A stretch of DNA of 62,896 bases, the filler included, from Octopus bimaculoides (lineage: Eukaryota): the NCBI RefSeq assembly GCF_001194135.2. It is 8 parts of 8 records of this genome, joined end to end, with 100 filler letters (N's around TTAATTAATTAA, not from the genome) between each part and the next. Parts side by side here need not be neighbours in the genome. Positions count along the whole stretch, not along the records: positions 50,636 to 54,339 come from NC_068985.1; positions 54,440 to 58,075 come from NC_068981.1; positions 58,176 to 62,896 come from NC_068996.1; 5 more parts are not named here. One strand, 5' to 3'. A model generated the notes under the pieces. It searched no databases. It was not told the origin of the DNA and saw only the letters and a list, made by a program, of their open reading frames with translations. Below are positions 52,055 through 62,896 of the stretch, piece by piece; within the stretch, counting starts at the first letter, position 1, and the number at the start of each line of letters is the position of its first letter. The translations under genes and the position numbers were made by a program.

Positions 52055-52459
52055 TTACTTCTAGTACTACTACTACAACTATTCTGTGTGTGTGTATATA
52101 TATATGTATAGATAAGTATATATGTATATAAATATAATATATCTATCTATAGATATGTATATANNNNNNNNNNNNNNNNNNNNNNNNNNNNNNNNNNNNN
52201 NNNNNNNNNNNNNNNNNNNNNNNNNNNNNNNNNNNNNNNNNNNNNNNNNNNNNNNNNNNNNNNATACATATATACACTTACATTTGTGTGCGTATATTTA
52301 TGCAGTTTGATATATTTTATATATATGTGTGTGTGTGTGTATATATACATATGTGTGTGTATCTAATGTATATATGTGTGTGTCTGTGTATATATACATA
52401 TATATATGTATGTGTATATATATGTATGTATGTATGTATGTATATGTGTGTATCTAATG

Positions 52460-52510
<51 letters not shown>

Positions 52511-52693
52511 NNNNNNNNNNNNNNNNNNNNNNNNNNNNNNNNNNNNNNNNNNNNNNNNNNNNNNNNNNNNNNNNNNNNNNNNNNNNNNNNNNNNNNNNNN
52601 NNNNNNNNNNNNNNNNNNNNNNNNNNNNNNNNNNNNNNNNNNNNNNNNNNNNNNNNNNNNNNNNNNNNNNNNNNNNNNNNNNNNNNNNNNNNN

Positions 52694-53215
<522 letters not shown>

Positions 53216-53446
53216 AATACGACATTGTCCATCATAGATTTTCTGTTCTTCGACAGCAAGAAAAATGCATGAAGGAAAGACTTAACTTCCATCATTGCTT
53301 CTTTCATCCATAAGGTCTTTCATTCAGTAATTCGAGGTGCCGTATGGGCAATTGTCAGAAAAACTGCTTGTCCTGTGATAAATTCACAATATTATCAAAT
53401 CCTTTTGTGATTACATGAAAGTACGGGTTGTAATCGGTGAAAATGC

Positions 53447-53980
53447 GGATCTTTATGATTTGACGGGCAACACTTGTTTTCTTAACGAAACACTTTCAAA
53501 CTTGGGACACTGGTAGAGTGTGTCATACAAAACAACTTTTTCTCTTAGCCTTCTTAAAAAATTGTACATCGCAAGTTATTTCATGTTAAAGTTGTCGTAT
53601 TTCTGTAATTTCAACCAATCACTGACGTCTATTCAGCTGAATACAGTCAGTGCTCTTTTTATAAACAATAATTTTTGGCCTGTCATAAGAATGTTATTCC
53701 CTGTGACATATTTCATCCGGTTTAATCGTAATTTATACGCATATATTGTTTATATAATAAATTACGCTGTGCGTATCTGTGTGTAACAATTTTTCGCTAG
53801 TACTCAGTAACACATTTTCTAAATGATGGTAGAGTTTGATTTGAAGAAGAACTAGAGTTCAGGTTCTAGAGTTAGGGTTAGTTTTAGGGTCACAAAATAT
53901 ACAAGTATACGAAGTTTGAAAGTGTTTCGGTACCAAAAACACGACATAAAAAAATGTTGCCCGTCAAACCGTAAAGATCC
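53447..53980. mobile_element. Non-autonomous DNA transposon with long TIRs and an 8-bp TSD (Merlin- or hAT-like)
   Basis: GAAAATGC|GGATCTTTATGATTTGACGGGCAACA...TGTTGCCCGTCAAACCGTAAAGATCC|GAAAATGC. The TIR extends to CGAAACACTTTCAAACTT (~60-70 bp with an indel). Confidence 0.85.
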
Positions 53981-54293
53981 GAAAATGCTTCCACCTTTTG
54001 TTGTGGTGTTAAACAAGGTGATATAATTGCTCTTATATTTACTATCGTTGCCGTTATGCTAAACTGTCCTATGTCCAAATCTGGCCGAATGCGTTTCTTT
54101 TTCCAATATCTATTTTTGCTTGCAATAGCCGATTCTTTCGGTCAAACTATCGTATCTCCAGCTGTTTCAGGTGCCAAGATATATGAAAAGTTGTCAAAGT
54201 GTAGTAGAGCGGTTTTGCTATGGAATGGCGAAACTATTTTTTTCGTTTTCTGAAGAAGCAGCGTTTTGGATTTACGACCCTTTTGCATAATAA

Positions 54294-54339
<46 letters not shown>

Positions 54340-54439
54340 NNNNNNNNNNNNNNNNNNNNNNNNNNNNNNNNNNNNNNNNNNNNTTAATTAATTAANNNNN
54401 NNNNNNNNNNNNNNNNNNNNNNNNNNNNNNNNNNNNNNN
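54340..54439. other. Artificial scaffold spacer
   Basis: 44 N + TTAATTAATTAA + 44 N. Confidence 0.95.
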
Positions 54440-54507
<68 letters not shown>

Positions 54508-56636
54508 GTATATATACATACATACATACATTTGTATGTGATGTGTGAACGTACATATATGTATGTCATAGAATTTGCTTTACGAAACAGGAAATTATGA
54601 ACCAAACATGGTTTTCCTCTCCATGTCTCCATGCACATTTAGCGTGGGAATCGCTATCAGCGTGGGAGAAACCATTTAGAAAAAATTCCGACATCTTGAA
54701 GCTTTTTCCTAGGAACTACAAGTTATAGAAGAATATAGAAATTATTTTTTCTCACGGAAAATTTTTTTTAGCGAGGTTTTGTACTTTAAAAAACATATTT
54801 AAAAAAAGTATTTTGAAATGGCAACATTTTACATATTTAAAAATTCGCTCCAATTACAATGGAACAAAAATTCTGATTGTGAATTTTCTGCTTCCAAAAC
54901 AACTCATATCATGTGGTTTTTTTTTTTTACAAGTACCAAACATTTTAAATCTGCAAACAGAGTTGTATTGTACAAGAATCAGGTTATTTTGTAGAGATTT
55001 TAACTGTAAAATCCGAAGAAAGTGGCCGCGGTCTGCATCGGTAAATAGTAAATAATTAATACAATTAGTTGACAAATAGGAAATGGCTAATAAGCTGCGA
55101 GAAAGAAGTGTAACTTTCGAGCAGGAGGTGTCATAGGAGGTGTGAAAACTTACACAATCAATATAAAATTATTTTATAAGTAATATTATATTGTATATAA
55201 TACAAAAGTGCTTCTATAAACAAAAGAAATAGTTGTCAATCTAAATCTATGTTAATGCGTAGAAATTCTTTAGAATTTCATGAACCATGTATTTAAAGAT
55301 TATACTCTTGCCTACCGCTAAAAAAATGATGTAGTCAGAACTAATAAAATAGCTTATATTCCATGAGTTCTAACTTCACACAAGTCACCTTGCATTGTTA
55401 TAGTAAAATAGTGAATGTTTCGTCAAGTGGCTCAATCGTATAATAAAATTTGCACACCGGAAAAACATTAAATTTCAATAGAGGTGATTTGAACATTTAT
55501 ATTATGTGTATATTTGTGTGTTTCTGTCTATCTATCTATCTATCTATTGTTTAGATATTGTGGCAAGCTGTTGTTCGACGTAGTTGTTAGATCACTATTG
55601 CAAATGATATATTTTACGATAACTGAAACTCATCCAACTTTAGTTCATGTTTTTGATATAACACTAAATTTAAGTACCAGTTAGTAGTCCCGATATACTA
55701 AAGTTCTGAAGAAGTTGCAGATATGAACATATATTTCAAAAATTTCGAGAAAACTTTAATTCGTTATTAATGTTACTTTTTACGTATCTAACTTAATGTT
55801 TGACGAAGAAAAGTAGAATACATAATAGATAGAAAATTACTCGTATTCATAAATGTTGAAGTAGAAAACGTAAGCTTGTGAGGTACAACCCACCATTATT
55901 TTATATGTTCGATCCGTTGTTACTGGGACTGTCTGAGTTTTATAGATAAATACTTCCCCGTCAACCAAATATAACAAAATGAATTTGAAATACTAAAAGT
56001 AAAATTCGCTTTTTTATATATCAACGCAGAAAAGAAATTTCAAGTATTCCCGAATTAAACTTATGTGACACACACACCTGCACACACAGCTTCACACACA
56101 CCTGCACACACAGCTTCACACACAGCTTCACACACACACACACACACACACACAATATGTATATATATATATACATATATATATATACATATAAAGGGAG
56201 GGAGAGAGAGTGATAGACAGACACACATACACACATTTTTATATATGTATGCATATATAACTTAATCATTCGTGTAAAGCTGGTAAGCCATGACAAACGA
56301 TGAAAGATGTGAACAAAAATCAGGAAGAAAGAATTACTAGCAAAGAATGGTTAAACGCTTTTGTTGTTAAATTTGTTTGTAGTCGGGAAGATTTTATTTA
56401 TGAAAGTTGGATCTTTGAAAATAAATTGTACTCCACACTAGGTAATCTTTCTAGAGCATTTTAAAAAATGCGTTCCCTCCTAGACTGGTAACTTTTGGAT
56501 TGGAACAAATACTGCAGTGATTCCGTATGAACTGTTCGTGATAGAATATTCTTCAAAGGAATATGGTTTTTTCGAAGTCAACATTGTCTTCGTCTGTTAC
56601 CCCTGCCCAATATCTGATATGGTTCATACGCTGAAA

Positions 56637-56732
56637 GATTAGCATTATACCACTCTTGAATAATTGATAAGATTAGCATTATACCACTCTTGACTAATTG
56701 ATAAGATTAGCATTATACCACTCTTGACTAAT
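56637..56732. repeat. 34-bp tandem repeat, ~2.8 copies
   Basis: GATTAGCATTATACCACTCTTGA(A/C)TAATTGATAA. Confidence 0.95.
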
Positions 56733-57639
56733 TATACTTTTGCTGAATGGTTTAAATTGTGAAAGATTTGAAATGTAATGTACAATATATCATCTCCTTT
56801 TGTCTTTCTCTTCTTATAATTCATCTACTTCGCAGTTACAGGTTAGTTTTTCACATTTTACTTTTGGATTTTTACAATTTCCCAATATAACAATATAACA
56901 ATATTACAAGTACTTTCATGTTTTATCGCACTCTTCAGCTAAATGTTTATGTAGTAGCAGCGTTAACAACAGCTAATACGCTTCACATTTGACATCTGTG
57001 GTGAAATGACTGAATTTCTATTTAAATATCTTCCTAACAGCTGCAGTCGGCTGAAACCTACGAGCAACATCTCAACCAATCAGCATGCAGTCAGGTATCA
57101 CGGATCGATGAACATACTAAGTAAGCTGACGTTGGCTCCGCTTTTTCAGAGAAAAATATTTTAACTAATCAAGTACACCAATACAGGATTCAGCTACAAT
57201 CAAATGGTGAGAAACATCTGATAATACAAACCGTAGTCTCGCCTTCAATATTTTCAAGTAAAATTGGGTGGAAATACGGATTATTAATACCGTCAATATT
57301 ATTACAATTTTCAGGTATGGCTAAATTTAAATCAAAACTAATATCCTTCTTCTTCGTATTATTGTCCATTCAGAACGGATTTAAGCTTCTCAATAAAATT
57401 CTCTTATATTTGTAATTGCACTTGAATTGTAACATTTGTAAAATTGTAAACATTTTCTTACCGGCTGTTTCTAAATAGTTGCTTAAGGGAATATATCAGT
57501 ATACATTTCCAATGCATTTGTATATTACGATAATTTTGAGCGGATTATGCGGGTTAGAGTGACGTTTTGTTATTTTTCCGTGCAATGAGTTAGTGAAACG
57601 CCATTAATATTTTAAGAACTAAAAAAGGAGGCATTCGCC

Positions 57640-57823
57640 ATGATTGATCGCTAGCCACTACACATTCTTTATTTTCTGTCCTTGTTTCTTTGTGTGTTCC
57701 TTTCTGTGGAAGAGCGTAGGCTCGAAACGTTAAATACTTTTTCACTTCCCGAGCGTTAAACTAATACATCTGTTTGTTGTCTACACCACCTGTCTTCGTC
57801 TTTTGTTTTTTTTTGTGAATTCT

Positions 57824-57826
<3 letters not shown>
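57640..57826 (+). mobile_element. Divergent Penelope pLTR-like repeat ending at (TA)n (copy 3), with a hammerhead-like motif
   Basis: ATGATTGA...CTTT CTGTGGA A GAGC-GTAG-GCTC GAA ACGT T AAA...CACCACCTGTCTTCGTC...CTCCC|(TA)n. Confidence 0.7.
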
Positions 57827-57867
<41 letters not shown>

Positions 57868-58075
57868 TGCTTCCGAGATAAGCCGATCTATGCAGAAGTT
57901 AGACTATTATCATTTTGCTTTTTACCTAGTGAGGCTTGGTATTCTACTATGTGTGTGTGAGTGTGTGCGTGTGTATGTTTGTTTGTTTGCGTTTGTGTGT
58001 GTATGTATGTGCGTGTGTAGGCGTATGTTCCTGCATACATGCATGTTCGCCTCGATATGTATGTGTATATATATA

Positions 58076-58175
58076 NNNNNNNNNNNNNNNNNNNNNNNNN
58101 NNNNNNNNNNNNNNNNNNNTTAATTAATTAANNNNNNNNNNNNNNNNNNNNNNNNNNNNNNNNNNNNNNNNNNNN
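58076..58175. other. Artificial scaffold spacer
   Basis: N run + TTAATTAATTAA (58120-58131) + N run, same format as the other six. Confidence 0.9.
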
Positions 58176-58214
58176 GTATGTATATATATATATGTAAATG
58201 TGCGCGCGTGTGTG

Positions 58215-58430
58215 TGTGGGCCACCGAACACCCGCCGAGACGTTCAGTTACGTAAGGACAGCCCCGTTACCCATCATTTTCGCGTGGTCGATCACTCTAC
58301 CGCAGGTCTCATCGTCTTCGGCCTTGGTCCTACACCATGGATTCACCAAGTATAGACTCCGTCTGGAACAGCGTTACATTTTCCCCACTACGTACTCAAA
58401 CTCCTTCGGAGACAACACGACCCCATCTCA
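58215..58430 (+). mobile_element. Penelope GIY-YIG endonuclease C-terminal relic
   Basis: With frameshifts: TEH.RDVQLRKDSPVTHHFRVVDHS..GLIVFGL, RLRLEQRYIF, LRTQTP (cf. EH.R...PVA.HF...HS...EQ..IF.L.T..P.GLN). Confidence 0.65.
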
Positions 58431-59340
58431 CAAACCCTTTTTTTAAAAACACATTTTAGTCAAACTATTTTGCTCGTTTATAATTTTCTAATTTTTTAAG
58501 AATTTTTATTTATTTCGGCTACCGAACTTTTTTTTTCTTTGTTTCTGATTTATTCACATTTATATTTTTTATTATTATTAGTTTTTACTTTTCATTATTT
58601 GTTTGTATTATCTGTATTTACTTATTTTTATGTTTCATATTTTTTTAATTTTTCACTATTTATTTGCATCATTTTTTATATTTAATTTTTATATTCCTAT
58701 ACACACACGCCACACACACACGCCTGCGTCCAAACACACACACACACATGCACATCCCCTCCCATCCATTCACACAGCCACCCCCCTCTTACACCTTCTT
58801 CAGACTGCCTCTGCCTCTGTCTCACTATTCACCCTGCCATCTACGCACATATGCAAACACACACACACGTACACACTGCCACACCTACCCATTCACACAC
58901 TTGTCATTGTAGTTACTGACCTCTCAGAGCAACTGTAACATACACATACATACTACGCGCACAAACACAAACACACACACACACACAGAGTTAATACCAC
59001 ACACACACACACACACAGAGTTAATACCACACACGCACACACACACACCACCCACGCGCCCACAATGTTTATAAAGTTAAATTAACGCTTTCATACATAG
59101 AGTAATCATTAGATTTCAAATGTGTTTAACTGGCAGTTGAGTTCTTGACAATTTTAGTACCTCTTAGAACGCATCAACAAGCTGAAGTTTTAGAATACGG
59201 TTTTGACCAATCTGCATGCAGTTAAACATCATAGTTTGCCAGGCGAACAGATATTCTGTAGCTTGTTTATATTCACATGCTAGAGATATTTTTTAATCCA
59301 CATCATTAACTAGTTGTTATATTATTGTTCTTATTTCCGT

Positions 59341-59748
59341 TCAGAACAGGTTTGAACACTTTAATAAGTCATTTGTTTTTTTTATCTTTCTTCCAACTTT
59401 AGTTGAATCATGTAGTTTGTGGAAAGGAAAAATTTGAAGCATTTTCTGACCACATGTCTCTATCTGTTCATTCAATGGAATTTGGTGAACATTGGTGTTC
59501 CGGATTTGTTGTCTGTGGACTCGTGAGCATTCCGATAATGCATTCCCGGTCTCGCCTATATAGAGTTCGTCGCAATTTGGGCCTTTAATGCAGTAGATCA
59601 AATTTCTGCTTTTGCAGTTTATATCTGCATTTGCGAAAATCTGTTCATTTGTTTGTTCTAATGGATCTACCCATATGCATGTATTGACACGTCCCAAACT
59701 CTTATCATTAGACTTGGATACTGTGAATGTTTTATCATGTTTGTCCAT
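59341..59748 (-). mobile_element. Penelope GIY-YIG endonuclease fragment
   Basis: NCKSRNLIYCIKGPNCDELYIGETGNALSECSRVHRQQIR...IFPFHKL shows the NLIY..C..C...YIGET pattern. Confidence 0.85.
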
Positions 59749-59843
59749 GTTGAATTTTTCCTTTGTTAATAATTTCTTTAAATTATGTGGTTACCTTTTG
59801 CTTAACATAAGCGTTTGAGTAGTTATTATGCTTTTTAATTTTT

Positions 59844-60031
59844 TGCATTATCGGAACGCCCACGAGTTCACAGACAAATCCGGAACACCTATCTTCATCA
59901 AATTCCATTGAGCGGACATACAGAGACATGTGGTCAGAAAATGTTACTAATTTTTCCTTTCCACAAACTACATGACACAAGTGGGATTGGAAGAAAGATA
60001 AAAGGAAAACGGTTTATTAGACAGTTCAAAC
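59844..60031 (+). mobile_element. Inverted duplicate of the Penelope endonuclease 3' end
   Basis: Reverse complement of 59350-59542, about 85% identical by eye (ALSERPRVHR..QIPLSGHTETCGQKM..IFPFHKLHD). Confidence 0.85.
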
Positions 60032-60371
60032 TTTATGAGCATTACGAATTTTTTTTTCAATGTTAAAATACCATAATAAAAACGTAAAAACCAGACCATG
60101 TTTTAACTTCATTCAACTGTTATATTATTTTATAAACATTCACACACATTCGAAACAATATATATATATATATGTATATATATTATATATATTTATGTGT
60201 GTGTGTGTGTGTGTCTGTGTGTGTAAGTATACATATATGTATATATATATATATGTATATTTACACCTACACTCATATGCATGCATATATTTACACACAC
60301 ATATTTGTATATACACGTACACACACACACATATATATATATGCACATATATACATACATACATACATACA

Positions 60372-60415
<44 letters not shown>

Positions 60416-60680
60416 CATATGTGTGCGTGTGTGTGTAGGCATAAGTTTTTCTNNNNNNNNNNNNNNNNNNNNNNNNNNNNNNNNNNNNNNNNNNNNNNNN
60501 NNNNNNNNNNNNNNNNNNNNNNNNNNNNNNNNNNNNNNNNNNNNNNNNNNNNNNNNNNNNNNNNNNNNNNNNNNNNNNNNNNNNNNNNNNNNNNNNNNNN
60601 NNNNNNNNNNNNNNNNNNNNNNNNNNNNNNNNNNNNNNNNNNNNNNNNNNNNNNNNNNNNNNNNNNNNNNNNNNNNNNNN

Positions 60681-60781
<101 letters not shown>

Positions 60782-61127
60782 CTACTACTACTACTACTAC
60801 TACCCTTTCCACTACAATAGTTATATCATGTGTCAATCGCCCCACCACACACACACACACACTTTCTTGATACATCTACGGGTGTATAGATACTCATCTT
60901 GCGTGCGTATTTAGAGATACGCACACAAGATGAGATATCAAACAGAACCAAAAATTATCAGATACTGTCGCACAGAATGTAACAACATGGCGATCCGATA
61001 AGAGCCGTGGGTGGCAATGTGTTAAGTTTTAAGTCCTTTTGATAAACTTTGGGTTTTTCTCATGATCCTAAAATTTATTTCGCTTCGACCAGCTGCTGTC
61101 TAAAAGTACATGTATAACTTTGGTTTT

Positions 61128-61169
61128 TAAAGAAGAAGAAGAAGAAGAAGAAGAAGAATAGGAGAAGAA

Positions 61170-61204
<35 letters not shown>

Positions 61205-61710
61205 AGAAAAAGAAGGAGGAGAAGAAGAAGAAAAAGAAGTAAAAAAGAAGTAAAAAAGAAGAAGAAGAAATAAAAGAAGAAGAAGAAGAAGAAGAAGAAG
61301 AAGAAGAAGGAGTAGAAGAAGAAGTAAAAGAAGAATAGGAGAAGAAGAAGAAGAATAGAAGAAGAAGAAGAAGAAGAAGAAGAAGAATAGAAGAAGAAGA
61401 AGAAAAAGAAGAAGAATAGGAGAAGTAAAAGAAGAAGAAGAAGAAGAAGAAGAAGAATAGAAGAAGAAGAAAAAGAAGAAGGAGAATAGAAGAAGAAGAA
61501 GAAGAAGAAGAAGAAGAAGAAGAAGAAGGGGAAGAAGAAAAAAAAGAAGTAAATGAAGGAGAAGAAGAAGAAGAAGAAGGAGGAGAAGAAGGAGAAGAAA
61601 AAGAAGTAAAAGGAGAAGAAGAAGGAGAAGAAGAAGAAGAAGGGGAAGAAGAAGAAGAAGAAGAAGGAGAAGAAGAAGTAAATGAAGAAGGAGAAGAAGA
61701 AGAAGAAGGA

Positions 61711-61749
<39 letters not shown>

Positions 61750-61762
61750 GAAGAAGAAGAAG
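61128..61762. repeat. Long degenerate (AAG)n purine tract with short (AAT)n
   Basis: Direct reading. Confidence 0.95.
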
Positions 61763-61814
61763 GATAAAACTACGTAAACATAGAAAAAAGTTCTTTTTGC
61801 CTTTATCTCTTTAG

Positions 61815-62396
61815 TATTTAAATCGTCCTCACCTTCAACCATGGCCTCAAAACAGCTTCAGAACCTGACACATGCATTCTTCATTGTGTCCCTGAAAAGA
61901 TCTTCAGACATTTCCTTGATCTTGGCCACTAGCTTGGTCTTGGTGTTGAGGCAGAGCGCTTGGTGCATTTCCCAAAGGCAAAGAAATACAACCACTGGAA
62001 TTTGGAGACTAGAAATTGGGGCTGGTGGCGTCGTAGAACTTCTCTGGCAGCCATTTCTGGGTCTATTTTCAGGTATGGCAAGAAGTATGACAAGAAGCTG
62101 AATCCGGTTGACACACATAGAGCCATCCAGCAGCAACCTTCTGCAGCCTTGAATTGATCGCAGTCTGTAGCAGCTTCACATAACCTTCTGAATGGCTCTC
62201 AAGGCCCTGTTGAAGGATGTGCGGTCGAATGATGGAATGCAGATGCAATCACACGGCTGTGTCCCTTCTTGCTGACCATGGCTCTGAAGTCTCCGTCGCA
62301 GCTGTCCATGTCACAACTTACAGCCTTTACAGGGTTCACAAGACATTTAGCAGCAGTCACGATGTCGGCATTTTCATACACGACATGAATCATCAT
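61815..62396 (-). pseudogene. Tc1/mariner-superfamily (maT-like) transposase relic
   Basis: HILQQGL..SEGYVKLLQT..LQKVAAG.LYVCQPDSASCHTS, QKWLPEKFYDATSPNF*SPNS, NTKTKLVAKIKEMSEDLFRDTMKNACVRF*SCFEAMVEGE. Confidence 0.75.
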
Positions 62397-62896
62397 AATA
62401 TAGGTAAATCTTTACTAATACTTAGATGACTTCCCTCATGTTAGCTAACCTTTTCTCAACTAGAACTTTAATCTTTATGCTCTCCAGTGCCGTTGACTGT
62501 TCATTAATACATCAAGGTGTTCCAGAAAAAGGGAGACACAAACAATCGCCAAATTTAGCCGGAAGTCCCTGTAATAAACAAAAATCAGCAGAGAAATCAC
62601 GAAATCACTCGGAGTGGTCTGCGGTAAATATTTAAACACGCGCACACACACAAACACAGACACACAGATACACAGACACAGACACAGACACACACACACA
62701 CACACCCACACACATACACACACACACAGACACACACACACACATTATTTTTTATGTGTCTCGACCATACGTGCACTGATGAATAAAAGATGCAGCTTAT
62801 TACATTGCTGCATTAATTATAAAACCAGTGGTTTGCCGTTAAGTTAAATGTTTTTAGGAGGTTAATTTTTGAAAGTTGCATTCCCTCGCTTTCGGT

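Noticed and set aside
53870-53890. Interstitial telomere
   Set aside because: Only two to three TTAGGG-like hexamers, lying inside a TIR element.

Overview
This is eukaryotic, AT-rich, repeat-saturated DNA. The SINE families and microsatellite density point to an octopod genome (inference). It is not a contiguous locus: seven identical 100-bp artificial spacers (44 N + TTAATTAATTAA + 44 N) split it into eight joined pieces, and there are many further N gaps. No intact host gene is supportable; only weak candidate exons were seen. The sequence is a graveyard of mobile elements: restriction-like-endonuclease (RLE) LINEs of the R4/Dong type stacked at (TAA)n tracts, a second RLE LINE family stacked head-to-tail at (CATA)n tracts, CR1 and RTE LINE fragments, Penelope fragments (RT and GIY-YIG), several tRNA-derived SINE families, mariner/Tc1/pogo relics, a Helitron, a Helentron-type (HINE-like) element, and MITEs. 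The most notable signals are: (1) a ~190-bp repeat ending at (TA)n that carries a minimal type I hammerhead-ribozyme fold with a non-canonical core (CUGUNGA plus an extra A) and a palindromic stem III; (2) an apparently (CATA)n-targeting or (CATA)n-tailed LINE array; (3) a CR1 3' UTR that shares its terminal motif with the dominant SINE. All family assignments come from remembered motifs, not from database searches.
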